Shown here: piece after piece, positions 24,901 through 37,384 of the stretch
Numbering within the stretch: the first letter of the stretch is position 1
Layout of the letters: each line of letters begins with the position of its first letter
Source of the DNA: Vicugna vicugna
Lineage: Eukaryota
Assembly: GCA_013265495.1 (NCBI GenBank)
Contig: MU058423.1
Span: 4,634,793 to 4,698,792, forward strand
Length of the DNA stretch: 64,000 bases
Reading direction: 5' to 3'
Position numbers and translations under genes: made by a program
The notes under the pieces: model-generated
Databases searched by the model: none
What the model was told of the DNA's origin: nothing
Seen by the model: the letters and a program-made list of their open reading frames with translations, nothing else

Positions 24901-26120
24901 CCTAACATATGATCTGTCCTAGAAAGTGTTCTATGCATGCTTCAAAAGAACATGTATTCTGCTGCTGTTGAATGAAATGTTCTGTATATGTCTGTTATGT
25001 ACACTGCATCAAAGTGTTATTCAAACCAGCTTATTCCCTTATTGATTCTCTATGTGGATAATCTGTCTGTTGTTGAGAGTGGGGCTGGTGATTGTGCTCT
25101 TCAGTTGGGCAAGGTCACTGTCTTGGCTTCTCAGTCATGTGGGGCTGTAAACCATGCTCCATGGTGGGTCAGAGTCATTGACTGCACTGCTGGCCTGCCT
25201 AGGCAAGGCCACAGGCTGTTCATCAGTTGGGCAAGACCATATACTGGGCTCTGCTGTTGGGTGGGGTTGTAGGCTGAGATCCTTGGTGAGGTGGTACCAT
25301 AGGCTGGTCTCCAAGGTTCCCAGGGTCACTGCTCAAGCTCCCTGGTATTGCAGTGACAGAGGCTGTGCTCACCAGTTGGGCAGATGTGTTCCATGACTAC
25401 TGGGCTACTGGTTTTTGTGACCAAGCTGTCCAGAGCATTGGGACTGGATGTTATGCTCAGTAGTTTGGTGGAACTGTGACTTTGTTCCCCTGACAGGATG
25501 GGCTATAGAGTGCTCTCCACAGCAGGAACAACCCTGTAACCAATAATCCAAATCAGACTGAGCTGTCAACTGAGCTCCCTGGCCAGACTGGGCCACAACT
25601 CTGCTCTCCAGATCTGCAGAGCTGCAGGTTGGGCTTTCTGCTCAGGTACCTCTGCAAGCAGGAACATAGTCTGCTGAGACCTGCATGCCCACTGCTGTAG
25701 GCACCACTCATTCTGTCTCTGTCTGATCCCTTTGGTTGAGCTGTACAGATACCCCCAGTGGAGTCTGTGAGGTAAGACCTGAATGTGCTTCCTGTGAAGC
25801 ATCTTCCAACTCTGGAAAAGCTAAATGTCCACCTTGGGTTCTCTTTTTACCACTGAAGAAACTGTAAGCCCAGGAGGGTGCTCTTGGTGTGGTGATGTGC
25901 TGGCCTGGGGAGCGGTTAATGTGTTCAGAATGAAACTGCTGCTTTTACCATTCTAAGGCAGTGCTTAGCCTCTGTTGTCCAGGGGAGTGCTTATGCATCC
26001 CTTGGTGGGTTCTGGGATCTTCAAAGTGGTGCCTTGGGTATGGGTGCTTGCTGGGTGGCCCTCTTGTGAGGTGGACTGAAGTTAGGTCAATCTGTGTCAC
26101 TATCGTGACGACGTAACTCC
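21940..26120 (-). mobile_element. LINE-1 (L1MA-like), decayed ORF2 fused directly to the 5'UTR
   Basis: Minus-strand KYLGINLT and EDTNKWKDISCS (23138-23344); continuous antisense ORF2 about 21970-25084; GC-richer 5'UTR-like block 25085-26120 ending ATCGTGACGACGTAACTCC. Confidence 0.92.
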
Positions 26121-27050
26121 AAAGTGATTTGTTTTAATACAAGCTGGACCATGTCTCATCCCGTTTTATAGCATTCAAAGGCTTCTTAAGATTTTTAGGA
26201 TAAAGTTTGACTCTGAATGACTGGTTTCCTACTTCCTCTCTGCTTACCTACTACTATCTCCCTCTTAATCCTAGAATTAATTGAAGTGTGGTGGTTGATA
26301 CATCATATTATAATTACCTTGTTAATTTAGACCTACTAAATAAAGATTTTTATATGTGAGATCTGGTAATCTTGTTTAAGCAAGCTTCTTGGTTGATTCT
26401 CTTAAAAACTAAAATTAGAAAACCACTACACAGTCCCCTATTGGCCTGGCCTTTCTGTTCCTCAAATATGTTCATTTATTTCCTATTTTAGGGTCTTTAA
26501 TTGTGCAGCTTCCTCAGTCTGGAAGTTGAATTTTTCTTCCAAGATAAGTTCTAATTATGCTCGGCTTCCAGTTTACACATTACTTTCTTAGGAGTGTCTT
26601 CCCTTAGGTTCATAGGCTAAATCATATCTTGTTATATATCCTCTTCATTTTCTATAATTTTCTTTTGTAGCACTTAGAACATTCATAATTAAATAGTTAC
26701 TTATGAATTTATATTTCCATCCCATCCACCCACCTGTGTACTCCTGGAGGCTGCAAGTTTTATTTCCTTTCTTCCATGGGGTTACTATGCTCTATCATTT
26801 TGGGTTAGGTGTCCTGTTTTTCACTCACATTGCTGCTGGTGACCACCTTAATCCTTGCTCTTATCATACTGTGCTACAATTTTCTCTCTCCTTGTCTCTG
26901 ACCCATATAAGTGTGTGATATAGGACAGAGATACAGGATTTCTTGAGGGAAGAGACCAACCACCTTTTAAACTGTGTTACCATGCAGTCTGAGTAACTGG
27001 AAAATAGTAAGGCCATTAATAAATACTGATAATGGATAAATGAATGACCA
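26121..27050 (+). mobile_element. LINE-2 fragments, probably with a small MER5-like insert near 26280-26430
   Basis: AAAGTGATTTGTTTTAATACAAGCTGGACCATGTC, CTTTCTGTTCCTCAAATATG and a terminal AATAAATACTGATAATGGATAAATGAATGA. Confidence 0.5.
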
Positions 27051-27239
27051 TTGTATTGTGTGATTTTTTTTATGTTTCAGGGAAGAGATTGTGATTTCAG
27101 TAATTCCTAATGTGTGAAGTACTGAAGGCTCTTAGTATTCTTCTGAATTAAAAAAATTAATTGTCCATTCTTTTTACTCAGAGTTATCACTAAGATTTCA
27201 TTAATATTATATCTATTTTAAACTATGTTGTCATGAACA

Positions 27240-28350
27240 TTCTGTAGACGAGAAGAAAACACAGGAGAAAGATTCTGTGACCTTGGATTAAGCAGGGATT
27301 TCTTAGAAACAATATGAAAAGCACAATCCGTAACAGGGGAAAAATAGATTGATAAATTGGATTGTATTGAAATGAAGACTTTTGTTCTATCTATGACACT
27401 GTTAAGAGAATTAAAAAAAACACAGACTACAGACTGGGAAAAATATTGGAAATCACATATCTCATCAAAGATTTGTATCCAGTTTACATACGGACTCTCA
27501 AAAGGCAGTAATATGAAAACTATCAACCCAATTCTTAAAAAATGAGCTGAAGATTTACACAGACACTTCATCAGATAAAATATAGGACTGGCAAGTAAGC
27601 ACATGAAACTATCATTAACATCATTAGTCATGAAGAAAATGCAAATTAAAAATCATGAATGTGATACGACAGCACATCTATTAGAATTGCTAAAACAAAC
27701 ACACAAAATAACCGAACATTCCAAGTGCTGACAAGGGTGTGGAGCAACTGAAACTGCCATACGTTGCCTGTAGGAATTCATAATGGTGCAGCCGCTTTTC
27801 AGAACTATTTGGCAATTTTTTTCTAAAGATATGTAGACACGTCATAGAACCCAGTGATCCTACTCTTAGGCATTTATTTCAGCTAAATGAAGTCTTACGT
27901 TCACACAAAAATATGTATGTTAATAGTCATAGCAGAAATCACTGAAAACTGGAATCCTTGCGCCCTGAGATACATCCAAACAATGAAATTCTACTCAGCA
28001 ATAAAGAGAGTGAGCTCCTGGTACCACAACAACATGGGCAGATCTCAACTGCATTTTTCTATGTGAAGGACACCAGACTTGGAGGGCCATATACTACCTG
28101 ATTGATATGACACTCTGGAAAACCTAAAACTATAGGGATGGAAAACAGACCAGTAGTTGCCAGGGACTGAGGGTGTGAGAGGGGTTGATTACCAAGGGGC
28201 AGGAGGAAACTTGGGGAGATGACTGAACCATTATACATTTTGGTTGTGATCGTGGTTCCCTGGCTGTCTGTTTTGTGTCTCACAAAGTGGTACACAAAAG
28301 ATGAATTTTGCTCCAAGTAAATTAAACCTTATTACATAAATGAAAAGAAA
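27240..28350 (+). mobile_element. Old LINE-1 (L1MB/L1ME-like) ORF2 3' end and 3'UTR
   Basis: ORF 27357-27545 gives KTQTTDWEKYWKSHIS (like L1 QPTEWEKIFANH); also ACCCAGTGATCCTACTCTTAGGCATTTA and AAACAGACCAGTAGTTGCCAGGG. Confidence 0.88.
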
Positions 28351-30545
28351 CCTCAGTGGCAGATTTTTTTTTCTTTGTTTCTGAATAATTTATGCTTTCA
28401 AAATCCATGTGTTATAACCATTTGCTTCCTCTGTTCTGAATATAAGCAATGTCAGCCTGTATGTAGCATGCCTGTTTACGAAGGAAAGTAGGACAGATTA
28501 CAGATTTAAGTAGCCCTAACTGTTATCTAAAAGTAGAACTCATTAGAAGCTATTTGACTAATAGCAGCTTGACAAAAATCTAGATTCACGCTAGAGTATT
28601 ACATTGCTGAGTGGCTAGATTCCAGGTAAAGTGATTGATCACCATACTGAGGAACACATGTTTTACTGGTCTACCTATAAATTACTCTTACCTCCAGGGC
28701 TACAGTAATAGGTTTTCATTTCAGAACATTTTCCTCCATTTAAAATTCTATAATTTTTTCAATCTAATCTTTTGCCCATTTCTATCTTGTTCATTTGTGG
28801 AAATAATTTCAATTTTGTCTTATTCTGTAGAAAACTACCATCAAGTAGAAGTGCCAAAAATGCTCGTGGTGACTGTTTTGAATGACTGATTTCTGAGAGA
28901 ACAAAAAAGAATGTGGAGGTCTTTCTCGGCACATTCTCATTTCAGGGGGAAAGGTCACCAATTCGGATAAGTCATATTTCAGGTCTCTATCAGTGGTCAT
29001 GAGGGTCCAGTCTTACTCAGTTATTGAAAAAGTCTCTCTTCCATTTTAGAGTAAGGGACGAAAATTCTTACAGAGAGATATGACCTTCAACATTTGAGAT
29101 GAATTCATTTAAATGCGTACATATGCTATTTATTAAACTAAGAGACACTGTGCCTTCTAAATGACAAAGTTTCTTTCTTCATTTCTGTTTCCTACAAAAT
29201 TTCTACCAATGTACATGTGCAGCAACCTTTAGCTGATCGAAGGAAGAAGAGTGTTTCTTTGAAACTGACAAACATGCAGTCTCTTCTGGACCAGCAGAGT
29301 GGTGATCTGATTGTCTCCACCAGGCCATTGGCTGCCGTTGGTGGCTCTTTTGTCAGAAGCTCTGCTTCCTTCAGTAATTTCCACAACCCCAGTACTCCTC
29401 TTTTTCATCTTGTTATCACAGACTCCCCACTCTCTCCCTCTGTGCTCTGACACATCCTTCTTCATAGACACTTCAAGCAATTTCCTTTACGCAGATCTTG
29501 ATTTGTTATCAGAAATCAATGTTTTGAAGAATCTTCTTCCCCCATGGAGTACTATCATTTCAAAATCAAAATATTTTTCAATTGCTTGAAAGCTCGCAGA
29601 AATATTCTGTGCATGAGCTGACAGGAAACTGTAATCATACTGTCAAGCAGTTGCTCTGACTGCGGCAACGTGAGACTGTTAGATCACATGCATCAGCATG
29701 TGAAGATAATGGCTGCGTGGTGAACCGCATGCTGAAGGCTTGGTGGGAGAAGTGGAGCCCATCGCTGTAAACGGCAGCCTATCGTAGACAGTGGTGCCAC
29801 CTCAGCATTCCTCCGTTTGCGTTAGGAACCCTTTATGATCAATAAAGTGTCTCCATTTAACCACTTGGAAAGCATTCTGAACATTCCCGGCAAAGCCTGT
29901 TCTGTCATTTAATTTGTGCGAATCTGCAAGCCAGGGTTAAACAACTGATGGTTTCGAATGGTTAATATTGGTCCATCTTTCTCAGACTGGTCTGATAGCA
30001 TTAATATTTTCATTTCACATGAGTGACTCCACAGCCAGGGAATAAATGCTTTTCTGCTAAAATGGATAAAATCCTCTATTTGGTAGCCAGCTTTCTTGGG
30101 TGTCGAGAGATCTATTGCCAACCTCTTCTCTCCTGGTTTTTGCCCTGATTGCTGCAAGACCCTTCACGTTCTTTATCACCCTCATCTCCCCGCATGGCGG
30201 TTTGCAGCCTCCACCGCAGGCTCCCGAGAATATCCATTATTCAGCGCCTCAGTGCGCAGGGGCTTCCTCCACGTCTAATCACTCAGTGTCTGCAGTGTCT
30301 TCTTCCCCAGGGGCAGGAGAAGACTGTGGCGCTTGAGGTCAGCATGTGCTGGCTTCACTCTTTTATCCATCTTGGCAGTCAGATATTTTAAGGTGCCGTA
30401 TTTATTATTCAGTCGCAAGTCCAGGGTGATTTTTGTGACTGATGTTGTGGTATACTTGGTATTTACTAAATAAATACATATTTTATGATGCACATTATTT
30501 GTTAAGTTAAACATTATTCTACTCAAGTGTATCTTTTGGTACAGT

Positions 30546-30565
30546 CTTTTTCTTTCTTTCTCTTT

Positions 30566-30599
<34 letters not shown>
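30546..30599. repeat. Polypyrimidine/poly(T) tract (T32 at 30568-30599)
   Basis: Read directly from the sequence. Confidence 0.95.
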
Positions 30600-30600
<1 letters not shown>

Positions 30601-30860
30601 TTTTCATTTTGCTTTATGAATCTAATCCTGCACATTGGGCCCAATATTCCAGAGATGTTCTCTTGGAAGGGTTTGTCACTTTGGGATGCTCCGTGAACAC
30701 ATTCTGGGCCTTTGGCTACCACTTTATAATTGCCTATTTCAATATCCACCTGAGAGTCGATGCAGCTCCCTGGAGCATTCAACTTTTAGGAAGCAGCTAG
30801 ACTCAGAGAGGCAAGTTTTAAAGCAAATCCTGCAGATCTCAGAGTAGTTTTGGATTTGGG

Positions 30861-30906
30861 CTCTCTCTCTCTCTCTCTCTCTTTTTTTTTTTTTTTTTTT
30901 TTTTTT
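30861..30906. repeat. (CT)n microsatellite followed by T25
   Basis: Read directly from the sequence. Confidence 0.95.
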
Positions 30907-31127
30907 AATGGGCTTTGTTTGAGTAATCTCAGCTATTGAAAGAGAAATAAACCCAAGAAGCCCCTAAGGCTCGTGATTTGAGTGGATTCCCTCCAGTAAC
31001 CTCCACTCATAACTTTCCCCTCCGTGTTCCACCCAACACTGCTGGAGCCTCAAGGCAACACAGGCAGCTTTGGGGAGCAGGTGATAATCTCAGTATCTCT
31101 TTTCATGTTAAAAAGAAAACATCAAGT

Positions 31128-31270
31128 GGGGAGGGTATAGCTCAAGTGGCAGAGTGCATGCTTAGCATGTACAAGGTCCCGGGTTCAATCCTCAGTACCT
31201 CCTCTAAAAATAAACAAATAAATAAGTAAACTTAATTACCTTCTCCCCCACCTCAAAAATAAGAGAAAGT
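31128..31270 (+). mobile_element. tRNA-Ala-derived SINE, Vic-1-like (camelid)
   Basis: GGGGAGGGTATAGCTCAAGTGGCAGAGTGCATGCTTAGCATGTACAAGGTCCCGGGTTCAATCC has Pol III A and B boxes and a tRNA-Ala(AGC)-like head, followed by an A-rich tail with a TAATTACC/C-rich segment shared with the copy at 47139. Confidence 0.9.
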
Positions 31271-32186
31271 CAGTGAGGGGCTTAATTGCTCTTTTAGGAT
31301 AAGATCTAAAATAGTATATAAAATGGCACATGATACCTGTCCAACACAGGTTTGTGGATTTCAGATACTTATAGGGCAGAAGAAGGTTACCTCTCAGCTT
31401 CAATTATTTGTTATATAAGAAAAATGCATTATTTAACAGCTGTTAGGTAAGCAGTAGCCTGTGATGTTATTAGAGGACATCAAATGAACCGAAGAGTCAA
31501 GCTGGTATTTCATTTTTGTTTCTCTACCTCCTTCAACACACCCGGTAAAAAAGAGCATACTGGGACTCCTGCTTCTTGAGTTGGATCACAAGAAGTCTCG
31601 CAACCGTTTTATGAGTCCCAGGTGAATAACAGGCGCCCATTTAATATCTGATTTCTACCTAGAACTGGAGTATAAACGGAGGCCCTTGGCCAGCATGCTG
31701 GGCCCTCTGATGCAGGAGTCTACAGCTGGGGCCCTGCTGTGGGACAGTCTATGGAAGTACCAAAAATCGGCACCAACGCCGTCAGTTTCCTTGTATTGTC
31801 TGTTTCGTGTATTCTGGGGTATTTTGTCTTCACCTACCTGATGTCCAAGGTCTTCAAGGCAATATTTACAGTGCTTTTGCAATCTTTATAATACTTGGCA
31901 CAGAGCGGCGTACACAGCAATAATAATGGTATCATAATAATTTTACTATTTTATAACTGCATAATGATTTAGATCACATAAAACTCCTTGGATTGCAAAC
32001 CTGTGAGATAAATATTAGATACAGGTGCAAAGCAACTATATTTAAGAACAAATGACGTGTGACTTAGAAAATGCACCCCTGCAATTCAAGTTCATTGTTT
32101 CCAAGAAGCCTGTTGAGCCTTTTCCTACCTCAGCTCGGCTTTTTCACCTTCCTCTCAGTTTAGTAGCCATTCACCTCTAGTCCTTA

Positions 32187-32720
32187 CGTTACTCTCCAAA
32201 AAGGAAAAGACCCCAGTCCTTGTCTTACCCGAAAGACAAGATTACAGACGGGAGACAGAGTGTGCTGTATAGTACAAAATTTTAAAGGATTTATTTATGA
32301 AAAGAATGGGAGGTGGGCTGATCCAAGAGAGGAAAAGCGGTGGGCTTTGTTTTGCCCCTTTCTCTTGTATCCTCCCTTAGAGGTGGTCTTTGGTTGATTG
32401 ACAGTTCTTGGCCCTGGAATGCCTAGTCATGTTTGGCCCCTTTTGTGCATGTCCTTACCCACGGTGTACACAGAAAAACCCAATGGGGGCCTACACTGCA
32501 ATGTAAATTATACTACAATGAGCATTGGGTCATGTCTGGTTAAGTTTTTTTCGCTAACGTGCAGTTGCAGCTGTTGGATTCTAACTGGTTTCTTGCTGGC
32601 GCTCATTTAGAAGGACTAAAGTCCCTTTGTGCTGGAGGTGGGCATAACGCCATCTTCCAGACCACCTTCCCTATCCTCCACCTGTCTGCCTGATGCCCCC
32701 ACTTATCTAACTACCTAACA
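32187..32720 (-). mobile_element. Solo LTR, probably ERV1 class, inserted in L2-like sequence
   Basis: About 530 bp bounded by (C)GTTAC...CTAACA, with TTTATT (antisense polyA signal) near 32290 and an LTR-like GCAATGTAAATTATACTACAATGAGCATTGGGTCA; L2-like flanks. Confidence 0.6.
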
Positions 32721-34975
32721 CTGCTATGCTCCCTCAACAACTGTTCATATATCTCTTTTTAGCAATTCTCACATTCTGTTTATATTATTGCTCTTTGTGC
32801 ATGTATCTTAGCTCCCCTTCTGGAATGTGAGATGTTAGGGCAGAAAAAGTCTCACTCTCCTTTGCAGTATCCTGTACATGGCATGAAGACTTACTCCTTG
32901 CAGGCACTCAGTAAATGTTTGGATTGAAATCTGGAAAACAGCTAATGCTACATCTTTTCAATAAACACACTTTGGGGATGAATGTAAGTATAACACAAAT
33001 AAATTGTCTTTTTACACGTTATAGACCCTGAGACCATAGCCTCAAAAATGCAATATTGTGTACCTACAGGTACCGTCATACAAATAAATAATGCCTTTGC
33101 TAAAAAGTAATATTAAAATTTAAAACTGGCTTATTTCATTACACATCCAATATCTTTACCCTCTTCGACCAAAGCTCTAGTCATTATATTAACTTGATAA
33201 AACAGCTGATTAATATAAAAACAATATTTTAAAAAATTATCAGTTAAAAATGGTTAAGGGTTCCCCCCTCAAATTGTGGTTTAATAAATATTAGGATTGT
33301 GCTAACAATCAATGTATCAGTTTTTATCAGTGCATTTGTTCTTTGGGAAAAGTTATTTATGATTAAAGAAAGGAATGGGGTAATGGATATCAAACTTCAA
33401 AACTTCATCAATTTGCTCCTGCAGTAATACTGTGTCGGCAGCTTTTAACTTCAACAACAAATTAGGTGATTTCTTGTCCCTTATGAAAAGACTTTTTCAC
33501 ATGACACTATGTAATTCCCTTCTACCTTTCCACCCACTCATTATATTTTTAAAGTGTTGTTTAAAATACTTTAATAGTACCTCCCAGGTGATGACTGAAC
33601 ACTGGCTATCTTTTTCAATATACCAATTGATGTGATGGAGTCACATAGCCACCAGTAGGGGATTATAAGGTAGAAGTGGGGATGCAAATGATATCTGTGG
33701 GAACTCTAAGTGCTGACATGTCATTTGTGTTGAATGATTCACATCGCAACAGGGGTCTTGAAGTTCTGGGAACTGCAGCGTCTTATATTCTCCATCCCCT
33801 GAACGCCACTTCACGCGTCCCAAGCCTTCATATGCTTTTCCTCTCTTTCTGCCGGAAAGGTCCACAGCCCTCTTGAAGCGATGAGCCTTCTAGGCCTTCA
33901 CAACTGATTTTTCTTTGGGGCAAAGAATGAAAACATGTTGAACAATTAAAAACCACGACCTGTCTCCGTAAGCTAGGAGGTAGCACGGAATAGCCATGCC
34001 ATTAATTTTGCTTTTGAATAATTGGTAGTACGATGTAAACCTGACAATATATAACAAAAGCTACCTAATTATAAAAAATATTTCTTACTCTGTTTCTAGT
34101 CTTTGGAAAGTCTGGTCAAAGTTTGCTGTCAAATATGCTGGCTATAAACACTGATGAATTTGGATAACTGTTTTTATTGTAATTCTTAACTCTCTTACCA
34201 TTTTGTCCTATTCCTTCCAACCTCAAAGGCAATGATCCATTCTCTGGTTTATCCTCTGTGACCTCTTAGCACAGTATTACCTTAATTTTTAATTTTCCTT
34301 AAAATTTTCCAAGCTCTTTCTCACCTCAGGGCCCTTAAATGTCCTCTTCCCTTTTAGTCTAGAATGTTCTTCTATTTTTATTCCTGTTCTCTCCTTTCCC
34401 TCCTCCTCTTCTATGTACTTTTTTGATGGGGGGGTTGGTATATTATTCTATTCTCAAATTCTAACTGAAATGTTATGTATTCTAGGACTTGAGGAGTATT
34501 AACAAGTTAAGAGACCAGGGGACATTTAATAGTGATAACACGCACATTAGTATATTCACTAGGATTTGGGGTGAACAAAACTGAGCAAAAAAGATGTTTG
34601 GACCTACACTACCCATTGTCTGCTTGAGAGTCCCTCTTCCCTCCCAGGTCCAGAGGGCTCTTTCTCTCTTCCTGACCTTCCATTTCTTGCTGTTTCCAGC
34701 AACTGCTTTGATCATCTCAGCTTTCTCCCATCCCTCTGAGAGAAACCCAGCCACTCTGGTGTGTAAATTTTGATGGAAACAGAATAGTAATGGGAGAGTC
34801 TGTAGAATACATGTGTATAATGGAGCTTAAATTATTTTTCTTGCTTTCTTTCTCTAAGGCAGGCTCGCTTATTCCCCAAGGCCCAATGGATGACGTATAA
34901 TCAATACAATCTCCTGTACTTCTTAAAGAGAAATGGTGTCTGCCACTGTCTTCCATATTAGTTTTTCTAGGATTC

Positions 34976-35327
34976 TGCTGTGGACTGAATGCTTGTGTCC
35001 CCACAAAGCTCATAAGTTGAAGCCCTAACTTCTAGTGTCATGGTATTTGGAGGTGAGGCCTTTGGAAAGCAGTTGGGTTAAATGAAATCATAAGATCATG
35101 ATGGGATTAATGCCCTAAAAGAAGAAGAGACATGTGATCACGCTCTCTGCTTGCACACACTGAGGAAAAGCCCTGAGAATACATAACCAGAAAGAGGACC
35201 CTTATCAAGAGCCTGACACGTGTGGCACCCTGATCTCGGACTTCCAGCCTCCAGAACATGAGAAATAAATACATGTCGTTTAAGCCCCCAGCTATGGTTT
35301 TTCATCATAGCATCCAGAAATAACACA
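34976..35327 (+). mobile_element. MaLR solo LTR (MLT1A-like)
   Basis: TGCTGTGGACTGAATGCTTGTGTCCCC...GGACTTCCAGCCTCCAGAAC...TAACACA; 5-bp TSD GATTC/GACTC. Confidence 0.88.
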
Positions 35328-35469
35328 GACTCCCAGAGACCATGGATCATGGGCATGATAAGAACCAATCAAAGGGCTAAGGTTTGTGAAATGGAGCTTG
35401 AAGAGATTCCCTGAGGCAGTGATGCACATTTTGGAAAGGCTTGGGGAGACGCAGGATAGGAAAGCAGTG

Positions 35470-36150
35470 AGTTCTGTAGGCTGGTGGGTGTGGGCAGGGC
35501 TGGGTCCTGGGGCTAATAAGCCAGAGGGAGGACTCCAAAATGGTGCTTGACAGCACCAGTGTCCTCATGATAGAAGGAGCTCCCCAGAATGGCTGCCACC
35601 AGTGTCCATGTCCCCAGGGTGAGTGCCAGTTGCCTCATGCTTCTTTGGGAGACTCTTTAGGATCAGCAGGTGGGTCTGACCCAGCCTCCTTTTGAATTGC
35701 TGCTTCTGCCCTGGGTCCCAGATGATGTGAGATTTTATGTGCTCCCTCTAAGAGTGGAGACCCTATTTCCCACAGCCCTCTGGGACTTCTGAAATAAGTC
35801 TCACTGCCTTCAAAGTCAAATGTCATGGGGGCTCATCTTCCCAGTGCAGGACCCCAGGGCCACAGAGCCCAATGTGGGGCTTGGACCCCTTACTCCTTGG
35901 GGAATCTCTGCAATTGTAATTATTCTGTTTGTAGGTCACCCATCCAGGGGTGTGGGTCTTGACTCTACCATAACTCCAGCCCTCCTACCCATCTTGTTGT
36001 GGTTCCTCCTTTGTATCTTTAAGTTGTAGAAGATCTTTCCTGGTAGCTTCCCATTTTTTTCACGGATAATTGTTCCACAAATAGTTGTAATTTTGGTGTG
36101 CCCATGAGAGGAGGTGAGCTTAGGGTCTTTCTACTTTGCCATCTTGGGAA
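35470..36150 (-). mobile_element. Isolated LINE-1 5'UTR of the same family as the 16097 element
   Basis: The reverse complement begins CAAGATGGCAAAGTAGAAAGACCCTAAGCTCACC...CACCAAAATTACAAC...AAAGATCTTCTACAACTTAAAGATACAAAG and aligns by eye to about 16107-16260. Confidence 0.85.
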
Positions 36151-36770
36151 GTCCTTGGGTCTTTTTTCAATTACGCTGATTTTTAGGACTATAGAATGCT
36201 ACAGTTATAGAAATCAATATATTGCAAATGACTACATATGACTATCAAGAAAAATTTTAATGTGATATTCTCAAAATTTAATTGTTAAAGTAATTAAAAA
36301 TAATACTTTGTTACTTTCTATTTTGCATAACACATGTTTAATTCTCCATGTTTTTAGAAAATATGTCCTTAAGTTGTTTTAAGAATGCAGATGATATAAC
36401 CTTTTTTTGAAAACATTTTTTTGGAAGTTTCATAAGCCTATGGTCCCTTTAAGTACTTTCTACTTAGATGATTTTTACATACATGTGTATTCCCATCCTA
36501 ATGGACAAACTTCTGATTAAACCTGGGAGGCTGTCATACTCCCAAGATAAATCCAATAGTGCAAAAATATCAAGCCCTTATTAGCAATATAATGAGAAGT
36601 TCCTCAAATAGGCATTGGAGAGTCCCTATAATTCTTTCTTCCCTCACTTTAAATATCTTTTATGCATGGAATATTCGCAGGTAAATCAATGATCATAAGC
36701 CAATTCTTTGGGATCTTACCTCAAAACATTTTGAATGTTTTTCTCAAGAAAAGTTTTAAGCTTTTAAGAA

Positions 36771-37364
36771 TGTTTTACTTATCCATTGCTGCATAATAAA
36801 TTACTCCATAACTTCCTGGCTTAAAACAACAAACCTTCGTTATCTCACAATTTCTATAGGTCAGAAATCTAGGTGTGGCTTAGCTGGGTCCTCTGGCTCA
36901 AGGTCATGTCAAGGTCAGTCATGAGCTTGACTGAAGTCATGCTTTTGGACAGAGCTATCCTCTGCAGGCTTGAAAGGGCAAAGACTCACTTCTAAATCTT
37001 CTCCTGTGGTTGTTGGAAAGATTCTGTCCCATATGGGCTGCTGGACTAAGGCCTTAGTTCCTCCCTGGCTCCTGGCCAGAAGACTCCCTCAGTTCGCTGC
37101 CACATGAACCCTCCACAGTGCAGCAGCACCTCATGGCCCCTGGCATCCCTGAGAGGGGTGAGAGAGCCAGAGAGTGTCCGAGGTGGAAGCCATGGTCTTT
37201 CTTGAACCTAATGCAGGAATTGACTTCCCATCACATTTGTTGTTAAGATATCCCATAAGACAAGTCCCTAGACGCAGCCCACACTGAGGGGAGAGTCACG
37301 CATGGGAATGTAAGTACCGAGAGGAAGGGGTCATTCAAAGCTGTTTCAGAGGCTGCCTACAGCA
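36771..37364 (-). mobile_element. MaLR solo LTR (MLT1E/F-like)
   Basis: TGTTTTACTTATCCATTGCTGCATAATAAATTACTCC...GGCTTAAAACAACAAA...GGCTGCCTACAGCA; TSD AAGAA/AAGAG. Confidence 0.82.
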
Positions 37365-37384
37365 AAGAGTATTGCACAGACCTG

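Noticed and set aside
30275..30782. Lysine-rich minus-strand ORFs, or a processed pseudogene with a poly(A) tail
   Set aside because: The lysine runs come from the T32 tract. There is no canonical polyA signal (only CATAAA), no TSD and no recognisable parent gene.
31128..31203. Apparent tRNA-Ala gene (also 47139-47214)
   Set aside because: Extra 5' bases, disrupted stems, no oligo-T terminator and a shared A-rich tail indicate SINE copies rather than tRNA genes.
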